From the NCBI GenBank assembly GCA_013265495.1, contig MU057711.1, positions 1,674,001-1,738,000 on the forward strand: a DNA stretch of 64,000 bases, written 5' to 3'. The DNA comes from Vicugna vicugna (lineage: Eukaryota). This document shows, in pieces, positions 38,945 through 48,900 of the stretch (the stretch's first letter is position 1; the number at the start of each line of letters is the position of its first letter). Made by a program: the position numbers and the translations under genes. The notes under the pieces were generated by a model that saw only the letters and a program-made list of their open reading frames with translations, had not been told where the DNA came from and did not search any database.

Positions 38945-39030
38945 TGTTTTTTGTTTGTTTGTTTCTTTCTTTCTTTCTTTCTTTTTAAAAATTGAAGTAT
39001 AGTCAGTTTACAGTGTTGTGTTCTGGTGTG
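38945..39030 (-). mobile_element. Very short, 5'-truncated younger L1 3' end with a T-rich tail
   Basis: (TTTG)n(TTTC)n tail followed by ATTGAAGTATAGTCAGTTTACAGTGTTGTGTT, a laurasiatherian/artiodactyl L1 3' terminus. Confidence 0.7.
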
Positions 39031-41789
39031 GGCTTGTTTTAATCCATCTAAAACCAAAACCCTGTACGACCAGAGATCCCTAAGAATACTTCCAGCTTGC
39101 TTCCACCTCAGGGCTTTTGCATTCACCGCATTTTCTTCCCACTGCTCTTGGACTGTCCAGCTCCTTTCATTCTTCACGTCTGAACTCAAGTCACTTCCTC
39201 AGCACACTCGATGCGCCCCTGCCTCCAACTTGGGTCCCCACTCATCTTGCACAGTCTGGTGTTTTCCCATCACAGCACCTGTGACCGGGCACTGCTGGAT
39301 GTCTACTGGCTTCTTTGTTAGATGGCTTTCATGTGGCTGTGAGCTGTCCACCACATTACCTGTCCACCCTTATATCCCCAGCACACAGAGCAGCTCCATA
39401 GACATTTGCCAGATGGAGGAAAGGATGGATTGAAATTTTGGTCCTATTTACTGAACCCTTGTAAGTGCAGATCCCACCCCTCAGAGTGCACACTTTAAAA
39501 GAAAGGAATAAAAAACAGGTGGAAAGTTAAATATTAAATATACTGTGAGTTTAGGAGGAACATTCTCTATGGCTGGGGAAATTCAAGAAGATTCTTCCTA
39601 TGGCTGCTTCTCCACTGAGACCAAAACCCTTACCCACCTGCTTCCAGAAGCTCTAGGCAGGTACCCAATGACAGGGTTCTGTGGCCCAGGGGTCCTGGTC
39701 CATTTCTCAATCTGGGCAAAATTCCTCCACCCACAGAGCCACTAGAAACTGACGATTTGTACATGCAAATAACCTAACACTAACCAAGCCACTTCTGGGT
39801 CTTTCTTGGTACTCAGGCCTCCTTTTCCTATAGGAATCCTTTCCTGTAAGCCTCCCAGTGACCCTCCGAGGTCCCGCAGAGCTGAGAGGTAAAGTGGCTC
39901 ATCCCAGCTCCAAACCATTTGACTGGAAGGAAGTGAAGGGGGAACTCCAAAATGCAGGTTTATTGCTGTGCACTACCACCACCCCAGTATTGCTTGATGG
40001 TGACAAATCCAAGCCCCAGTAAGGGCTGCTGTGTCCCCTCTACAAGCCCCCTCCCCGCAGGAAGTCACGAGGGGCTCTGAGCGGCAGCAGTGGGGGCAGA
40101 GCCCGCCTGAGAACAATGGAGCCAGGGTGAGGGAGGAGTCGGTGGGGTTCCCTGGCTGCCTTGTCATCGCCATAAACCTCATTACCTCGTGGTCCCCTAG
40201 GCTGCCTCTCTCCTTACCCAAGGCATCCGCCGGCTTCGCTGCTGATTCCCACACGGCGTGAAAAGCTCTTAAACCCCCCGCTGTATTTTTAATGGGGGCA
40301 GTGACTAATTTAGCCCTACGCCACCAACCGTCAAATCAAATCTTCGGTTGGTACTTACTGAGGACTCACCTGGGTTCCATGGGGTTCGGGATGAATTCGG
40401 ACTGGGGAGGGCTCAGAGACAGTGATCTGGCGAGCCTAGTCTCACGCACAGTCTCAGCACCGTCCAAAAGGCAGCCTTGGCTGTAGCCTCCCCCAGCCCC
40501 AGCTCCAGCCCCAGCCTGTGGCCCGCCACACTTTGGTGAATACTGATGCCTAGCCTGAGGTCTTTCCCTAAAATGGCCAAGTCTCCGGAGGACTGAAAAC
40601 TGGAGTTCACCGCCCTTGGCTCCTGGAAGGTAAGAGCCCTTAAGTTGAAGAGCAACCACTCCATTCTGTCCAAAACTGGCAAGAGTCAAGAATCAAGAGA
40701 TTCGCAGGTGTAAAATACCTTTAGGAAAACCAACAGCCCCACCCATGTCAGAACAGTGCCTGTGGTGGCAGCAAGGGGAACTCTTACAGAAGCCTTCGAT
40801 GTGGGAGAAGATGCCGGGTATAATTGCTCCAAATTCCACACCATGACTTACTGTCACATTATAATTAGATACAATCTGTCTGCCTGTTTCATTTCCGCTC
40901 TGCAGAGGGTAATAACCAATTGTCCTGCCCCTTGTGAAAAGTTAACAAGGCAGGGCTTCCCTGTGCCACGTTCGGAAGCCCTGGCCTCTGATTGGCAAGT
41001 TGGCCGAGCACCGGCATAATGGAGGTATGGGAGGACGGCCATGTGGGAGACTAAGGCTGATTTGGGGTCAGGGGGCACCTAAGGCACCAGCAGGACCAGG
41101 AGGAGGCGAGGCAAGCAAGGTGCCTAGGGTGCAGAGTGTCAGGAGGCACCCTTGAGATTTTGCATCCTAGGTACCTCGCTTGCCCCACTGGAGTCCTGGC
41201 TGCAGCACTGGTCTCAGCACTTCCACATCCCGCTGATCTCTGTGATTGGGAATCTGCTGCTCCCACCTGGCTCCACTCTGCAGCCCCCAGCTCTGCGCCG
41301 TGTGGGGCTGGAGAGCCGCCCCTAGATCCTGTCCCATCTCCACGTCTCGGCCACAACTAGAAGCTGGGTCCTGCCTGGAGTCCTGACAAGGTAAGGGTTA
41401 ACCACGTGGCCATCTGCATCCAGTGCCTGGGGATGCTATACCCAAGGGGCAGAAACAATGACTGTGGATGCGTGTGAACTACCCTACCAACCTGCTACAT
41501 GGACTCGGAGTAGCTGCCCACTTATCCCTGGGCCTGTTCCCCACTTCCATAAATGAGATCAGAACGCTTAATGCTTCTTTCCACTCTGACTTCTGTGCCC
41601 CCTGCTGGCTCATCCAGTTGGCATGCATTAGGTTACTATCCTTGCTCCTTCCCAGGGGAAGTTGGGTCTGTTGAGTGCAGGTCCCCACTGGTGCGTGTGA
41701 TCCATGGGAACTCACAAGGGACACACCCTATAGGTGACGACAGCCCCCACGCAGCCCTGGGCTGGGGCAGAGAGAACCAGGCAGCCGGA

Positions 41790-42453
41790 TGCTAATTGCA
41801 TGGATTCCCTTTATTGAACTGTACTAGTTACTGCAGTCAGATTAAGTCACATTTAAAAGCAGACCATCCAGTTGCACTGAAACCGATTATATTCATTACA
41901 TAGTTTTAATCACTGTCCGGTGAACTGGCAAATCCAATCAAAGCATTAGTCTTTAATTAAAAAATTAAAAGGAAATATTCAGACAATAGCCAAGCAATCA
42001 CATCACGATGCACAATTACCTAGAATTGCAATTAAAAAGTAGTTAACCGAAGGGGGGGAAAGAAAAACAAAAAAGAAAAAAAAAAAAAGAAGCAAAGAAA
42101 AAAAATCACACTAATCCTTTTTTTAAAACTATCAATATAATACATGAAGGAACAAAGGACAATAGCCTCAAAAAGCGGGTTTCTCTAACTCTAGAAATGT
42201 AGTCTGCGGCGGAAACTCTAAAAGCACACTAGCTGTAGCAGGACAATAAAAAATACTGAGCATGGAATACTTTTAATCTCTGCCATTAATATTCATTTCC
42301 AGCTGCTTATAATAGCAGCGCCTCATGGCCAAATCATTAGAGTTTTACATCTGGGTTGCAAATGACACTTTGATTGGATGTAATGTTCAAATGGCCCTCC
42401 CCACGGCGTCTCCGGCAAGCCTTCTGCGGAGAGGTGTCCTGTCGAGCGGTCCC
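41790..42453 (-). other. ZNF423: ZNF423 proximal 3'UTR (~660 nt)
   Basis: Lies between the TGA at 42454-42456 and the AATAAA at 41810-41815. Repeat-free and AU-rich, with a U-rich tract at 42059-42105. The exact cleavage site is inferred. Confidence 0.88.
41810..41815 (-). terminator. ZNF423: Proximal polyadenylation signal AATAAA of ZNF423
   Basis: Plus-strand TTTATT at the point where the AT-rich UTR gives way to GC-rich flank; an upstream UGUA lies at 41897-41900. Confidence 0.82.
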
Positions 42454-42483
42454 TCACTGTGCGTGCTGGCTCATCGTGTGGTT
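42454..42483 (-). CDS. ZNF423: Terminal coding exon of zinc finger protein 423 (OAZ/Roaz): NHTMSQHAQ-stop, the C-terminal half of the last C2H2 finger
   Basis: Minus strand reads tgtctcctttcttcgcctttgcag|AAC CAC ACG ATG AGC CAG CAC GCA CAG TGA. This matches the recalled ZNF423 C-terminus (...FFFQTELQNHTMSQHAQ); the paralog ZNF521 ends differently. Phase-0 acceptor. Confidence 0.93.
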   Translation of the reverse strand, partial: NHTMSQHAQ

Positions 42484-42520
42484 CTGCAAAGGCGAAGAAA
42501 GGAGACACGCATGAGGGCAG
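42484..42520 (-). promoter_or_regulatory. ZNF423: 3' splice site of the last ZNF423 intron
   Basis: AG at 42484-42485, polypyrimidine tract TCTCCTTTCTTCGCCTTTG, candidate branch point CTCAT about 28 nt upstream. Confidence 0.88.
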
Positions 42521-43884
42521 AAGAATGGAGAGCATGCCCATCCCCTCCCACTCAGTGCATTTACACCGAAAGCCACAGAAAAACATCTCGATTATTACAA
42601 AACAAAATGCAACAAGGAAAAAGTGCTCTGGGGACGCAGCTGCCAAGACGCCACGTTGATTTGGGGCTTGGGGATCGGTTCCTGTTGCTGCCAAGCTGGG
42701 TTCCCAATGAATTTTTTTCTTTTAGACCATTCAGGTCTTACTGTGGGGACTGGCTATATGGAGGGAGAGGGGAAATGCTGGGGAGGCGGCAGGAGTTAAA
42801 AACATCCCTGTTCACCTCTCCATCTCCCTTTTGCTCTAATGATCAGGAGGAAATTATATCTGATTGCCTGCAGGCTTCCCCCAGATCTCCCTCCTGGTCC
42901 TTCCCAGGAGCTGCTCTGAGCCTAGTGGAGGGGACAGCAGATGTGCCACACAGCTCTACAGCCAAGAAACACCCGAGTGGCACGGACAGGCTGAGGCAGT
43001 GGGCGGCCGTGGTGCCTGTGGCAGGGGGCAGGTCACCCACAGGGAGGGCGCCTGTCCATGCAGTCACATGACAGTGCTCTGGCCGAAGAACACTGTGTAG
43101 TTTGTCCGAATCCACCTGGGAATCCAGGCCCCAGATGGGACCCTCTGGCCAAACGCTTGCCTCTCTCCACGGCCCATGGCATTTCCTCCCTCCCAGCTGG
43201 AGCAGGACAACAGTGTAGATGGGTTTTCATAGGAGCCAGTGGCTTGGGGCTGTGGGTGGGATTTGGCCTCTATGAACCTACAATCTTTTTGTCTCTTTTC
43301 AGCAGTTTGTGTCCAAATCCAGACCAATTTCATCAAAGCCTCAGGTGGTATTCAACCTCATGACACCTGGAAAAAGGAAGCGAAATCCACCTGAGGCAGA
43401 GTAGCCCTGCTTGGGGGCCCCACAAGACCTCAGTTACAGGGAGCAGCTTTCAGGGATGCTCCTGCCTCCCCAGACCTGGGGCCCCCACCACTGCAGTGAC
43501 TCCTCGGGGCCGGGAACCGCTCCTGCAGCTCTGCCGGTGACCACTAGGGGTCAGACATGGCGCTGCGACTCTCCCGGGCGCCAGGTCTAGGCTGTGAGAT
43601 GCCCGTAGGTAGCTTTGCCAGCAGCCCTGGGGCGACCCCCGCTCCCCAGTCCAGGGCCCCAGTGGCTGCCTCTTCCCACTGCAGACACGGCTGCTGCCTC
43701 CATGCTGATGTCACCAACCCCTCCAGCTCACGGCCAGGGAGAGGCATCGCCCCATCCTCGTACAGCAGATGCCCACTGACTCCCCGTGGCACAAACCGCG
43801 AACCACAGCCATCCTCCTTCCCTGGGCTCCCAGGCGCAGGCCACATGGCCAGAGTTGGCAAACACACGTGCAGTGTGCTTTTGC

Positions 43885-44010
43885 AGGCACATCTCTTCAA
43901 GCCTCACAGCAGCCTTAGAAGGTAGGGCATAGTAAAATGAGGAAACTGAGGCTCAGACTGGCTAAATGACACTCAGTTTGGAAGTAGGAAGGGTAGCACC
44001 TGGAAACCAA
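43885..44010 (-). mobile_element. MIR fragment
   Basis: CCTCACAGCAGCCTTAGAAGGTAGG...AAATGAGGAAACTGAGGCTCAGA. Confidence 0.8.
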
Positions 44011-47000
44011 GAGAACCAGGGGCTTGGGCGAGAAGGCAGACTTCCCACAGAGCCCTACACCCGCACGGGCACCCGGATCATCCGAACTCCGCTCCAGAGA
44101 CGAGCGCAAACTCTGCCAGCGTGGCCCAGCATCTCGGTGGGGGTGTCACGGACCCAGAGGCACAAGGTAGGATGTCTGAGGCCACAGATGGGATGCGGCG
44201 GTTTCCATGGGAACGCCTACCCTCCAGCCGAGGCACTTCTCTGTGCACTTGTGCGGGCACAGCCAGCCAGTCCTGCAAGGAGCTGAGCCCACCCTACAGC
44301 AAACCATATTCCCAGCTCCCAAGCCTTTGCTGATTCAGTTCCCGCCTCCGCTCTCCTCTCAGTGAACCGCGCCACTCTCAAAGTCCTCTGGGCACGCAGG
44401 GCTTCCCCTCCCCGCAGCCCCTCAAGGCACCTCCAGCCCACCTCCCACACATCTGTCTGCGTCCTCAGTGCCAGACTGGCTGCCTCTGCTGAGCTGTGGG
44501 GAGCGGGCCTCAGGTCCTCTTCCAGCCCCACAGCACGTGGCCCAGGGCTGTGCATCGTGATGACCCGACCCTCGGACCTCCGGTGTCCAGAGGTGGTGTG
44601 GCAGGCACTGCTGCCAGGAACGATGTGGCAGTCTCCCTCTCCCACCCTGCCGACAGCCAGTTAACAGTGCCTCGTGGCCCAGGATATCTAGGTGTGGTCA
44701 GGTCCTTTTTTATTGGTGTGGGGTTGGGGAGGAGGAAGAGGAGGGGCATTAGGAAGGGAAATATGTATTTTCTTATTTCTCTTTTTTTGTTTTCAAATTA
44801 TGGTCCCTAGGGCTTGACACTGGGTAAATATTTTTTAATCAATGGAAGGATAAATAAATGAGCAATAAATACATAAGTCTCTGGGTGGGATGTGTGTGTG
44901 TGGACAGCGGAGTGGATATTCCGAGTGGAGAGCATGGCACAGACAAAGGTACGGAAGCTGGAAGAAGCCCGGCAAATGCAGGCACAGTGGGGTGAACCCA
45001 GCACAGAGGTCACACGGAGCACTGCTGGGGGCCCTGTATGCCCCGAATGTGGACGCTGTTCCACAGGCAGCAGAAAACCAGATGATATTTGATCTTCACA
45101 AAATCTTCAGGACCACCCACCAGCACCAGGGCAAAGGGGGGTGTCCAGGGCTCTCTGGATAAGGAAGCAGCCTCTTGCCCAGATGCCAAGAAGGGGCCGG
45201 TGTGGCACATGTGGTCCAGACTGGCTCAGGCAGGCACAGAAATCCTGGATGTGGAAACCTCCACCTGGGACCATGGGTTAGGACAATTCAAGAATAAATG
45301 CCACATAGTGGGTGGAAAGAACAGTGGCCTTTTCTATTAAGGAGTGGTAGCTGGTGGTTCTCCTGTTAGACTTGAGAAAGAACTTCCTCAAAGAGGGTTC
45401 TGAGACAGGAGGGTGAAACTTCCTTCCCCCAAGTTCTACAGGAACCAAAGCCCACGATGTCATAGCAGATGGAAATGTTAAAGCTGATGCCCCGAGGGGC
45501 CCAGCCACCAGAATTCACTCAGCACTGCGTTATGAAGTGCCTGCTGGATGCTCTGCCCTGGGCAGGGCACAGTGGAGGGAAGGGGAGGACTCCAGCTGGG
45601 TCCAGCACTCGAGGGCCTGGTTTTCTTTTGTTTTGGGGGGCGGCGATGCCAAAAAACGGACACGTATGTGATGCCGGGTGGCAGCTCCAGAGGGAGCCGG
45701 CTCAAGGCCACCCAATAAGCATGGGGGTGGGGAGGCTGAGAAGCCCAGGTTCTCGGCCAGCTCCTCCACAGGCCCAGGGCACTGGCCCGGTAAGGGCGGA
45801 GGGGTGGCGGGGACCGTCACCAGGACTCACCAATCACCAGCACACCTGTGCGCTGAGGCGCTCCCGGCGGAGCCACTGCCAAGCGGCCCAGTTCAATAAC
45901 CCTAAAAACCCGCGGCTGCTTCCCCCACAGCTTGGAGCTGCGGTTGGAGGGATGGGGGAGCTTCATCAAGTCTTCTTAAAGAGTTCCTTCCACCCGGCAT
46001 GGTTCTCACAAGGGCATTTTGGCTTAATGTCTATTTCTCTGTTTATGCCTGTGCTATATTTAGCCCCTTCAGAGAAGGAAGAAAATCGTTTTTTAAAGAT
46101 GCTACCGACCCCGCAGATGAACACTTCCCAGCACCATAAAGGCCGGGGCTGGGGTGGGGGTGGGAGCCGGCGAGGACTGGAAGGTGCCTAGAGGGGGGCG
46201 CCTGGCATCCACACGGACCTCTCTGCCTGCCAGGGAGACGCAGGTGTGGGCCGAGGAGCAGGTGAGAAAAATAAAACGGGAGAATGAGAAGGGGTGGGCG
46301 GCACTGGTTTGCGGCCCAGATCCATCCGCTGTGCGGAGCGAGTGCGGCTCTGGCGGTGGAGATTTCAGGAACCGCCTGTTCGCCGTTCGCGTTCGGGCGC
46401 CTGTGTCTGGTGCACTGGGCCATCTACCCCGGGACACCAGTTAGTGATGGGCAAACCCTCTCTCTGTGTAAGTCATCACCAGAAGGTTGAGGCCGAGGAA
46501 CCCTCGGTCACACCCTCGCATTCATTCACATGGTCGTTCCTTCATTCATTCAACAAACCTTTATTAAATCCCTGCTAGGTGACAGCCACCATGTTTGTGA
46601 CTAGGAATTCGGCAGTAAAATGACCTCGATCCCGAGACCAAGCCAGGGTACGTGTTGGGCAGCGAGGGAACACCAGGGTCCCAGAGTCTGCAGCTGGACC
46701 ATTCTCCCTAAAGCACAGACACACACTAGCACGGATGGGCCAGTCAGATTCAGGTGGGGATCCCATTCCAGTTTCACTAGCCCCAGGGGGCATCCTTGGC
46801 TTAACACGCCTCCATGCCCCACAACAGGCATGTATACACACAAGTGTGCATGCGCGCACACACAAACACACACACACACTGGTGTACTCCACCCTGGTCT
46901 GCAACCGGGATTTCTTCTCAAGGTTTCAGCTCCATTTTCTGTCCCTTGGTGTGGGACCCTGCTTTGGTCTCCCTTTGATGTCCACCCTGCACAGTGTTAA

Positions 47001-48759
47001 GAAAAAAAGACTAGCGGTGCTTAAACATGCTGGCAGCCTGGAAAGCACTGCTGGGAAGCAGTGAGGGACTTCTCTGCACACCCTGAGGTGCACAGGCATG
47101 GGCTGCAGAGGACTTCTCTGCCCTGCAGGTCACCGTTAGCTGCTCCTCCTGTGCTCCAACCACCCTGATGACAAAACACCTCTAAAGTCCTGGCACCTCG
47201 CTCGGTCCTTTGCAGGTGCCCCATGTGTGCTAGCCTCTGCCCCAGGGGATTGCAAGGTAGGCGAGAAGCCCTTAGTGGGCTGAGAAGGGCTGAGTCGTGG
47301 GTTTGAATCCTGGCCCTGCCACTTACTATCCATGTGGTTTTGAGCAAATGCCCTGACCTCTCGGGGCTTGCAGGGGACAGAAATAACCGAGCCCACTTCC
47401 TAAGATGCTCCGAGGACTCAGGAGATGACTTGAGTGTCCTTATCTCAGGCTGGCTAAGAGTAAGTGCCCCATCCATCTCCATAAAAGGTGTCCAAGATAC
47501 AGGGAACTCTATGAGGGAGGGGCTGTTTGTTCCCTGGTTGTGCCTCCTTGGCACCAAACATGCTTCGGGGCCTACAGTGGAGGCTTCATGGAGGTTCCAT
47601 GGACTGATCAACCAGGCCTCTTCTAGCTCCTCCTCCTGTGTGTCCCGAGGGCTGATGAGATCTCAGGAGTGCTCTGGAGAAGGCCGCACCCTGGATGGTC
47701 CTGTCCCTGGAGCAGCATCAGCTGATAAAGGCCCTCCCTCCGTTGCCCCCTCCCCACAAGCTCCTGGCTACAACCTCTGTCCCACAATTCACCCCAGGGC
47801 ACAGAGTGGGCTCTCTGGTGAGGTGGGGAGCCTCACAGAGATTCTGGTGGGGGAGGAAGTGTGTGCTCATTCAGTCATTCTCTCGTTCCTTCCACAGCCA
47901 TTCACAGAGACCCCAGCTGGGCACTGGACACACGGAGACAGCACAGCCCCGGCCTCTGCCTTGAGATGCTCACAGTTCCACAGTGAGGGTGGGGGAACAG
48001 TACTCACAGACCCTCACTCTCAAGGGGCACAAGAGAAGGTTGGGTCCCAGGGCTTGGTCTTGCATCACCAGGGCAGATTAAAGCAGCAGAGGCACAGCCC
48101 CCCACATCCAGAACATCCTACCTGCCCTGCTCACGCAGCCCCACCTGCAGAGCCCACCTGGCTTCACCTTGACCCCATGCCACTTTCTGGCTCTAGGCTG
48201 GGACAGAGGCTGTGGTCAGTCCCCTCTCCCCCAACTGCCTACCGCTGGGCCCCTCCCTGGTGGCCTCAGCCACAGTGGCTCTCACAAGGCTGGCTTTAAA
48301 GAGCAGTCTCCAGGAGCAGAGACCGAGTCCAAGAACCTGCCTTAACCACGGGAAGAATCATTTCCGGGTGAAAAGGCAGCTCCTTCGGGCTAACACTGCA
48401 GCCATGCTCAGGCTGAGCGGGGTTCTGGGATTTGTTCATTTAACACACATGAAGCCTGGTCCCGTCTGGTGGACGGAATACAGAGAGAGAGAGTAAGGCA
48501 CATCCAGGCCTTTGCCCAGCTGATGGCTGAAGGAGGGGGTGAGAGTTCATAAAAAGGGGCCATGGGGAGACGATGTCTGATTGGGAGGGGCTGAAGGAAA
48601 AAGCTGGCCTCCCGGCCGCCCTTTAAGGATGGCTTGAGTTAGGATTTGCACTGGTGTGTATGTATGTGTGTGTGTGTGTGCAAGCATGTGCCCACTTTCC
48701 AGGAAGATGGGACCGCCCAGACAAAGGCTGGAGGTGTGAAGAATCCTGACAATGCTCAC

Positions 48760-48900
48760 AGCTAACATTTATCAGGTTCTCACGACATCATTCTTCACCT
48801 TTCACTTATTTTAACTCATTTAAGCCTCATGACACCCCTCGGAGGTAAATGCTCTCATTATCCCTATTTCACAGATGAGAAAACCGAGGCACAAAGTTGA
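48760..48900 (-). mobile_element. MIR fragment
   Basis: GCTAACATTTATCAGG...CTCATTTAAGCCTCATGACAC...TTTCACAGATGAGAAAACCGAGGCACA. Confidence 0.82.

Noticed and set aside
41070..41155. ZNF423 autoregulatory site (GCACCC half-sites)
   Set aside because: Only half-sites; I found no GCACCC-n2-GGGTGC palindrome.
42337..42456. Programmed stop-codon readthrough of ZNF423
   Set aside because: The stop context is TGA-GGG, not the TGA-CTAG readthrough motif.
42325..43071. 248-aa plus-strand ORF overlapping the ZNF423 last exon
   Set aside because: Antisense to the real exon and UTR, with no domain similarity or splice support.
47334..48299. Longest ORF in the track (321 aa, plus strand)
   Set aside because: No recognisable domain, non-ATG start, begins at a MIR and includes L2-like sequence, and is antisense within the ZNF423 intron. 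Consistent with a chance ORF in GC-rich DNA.
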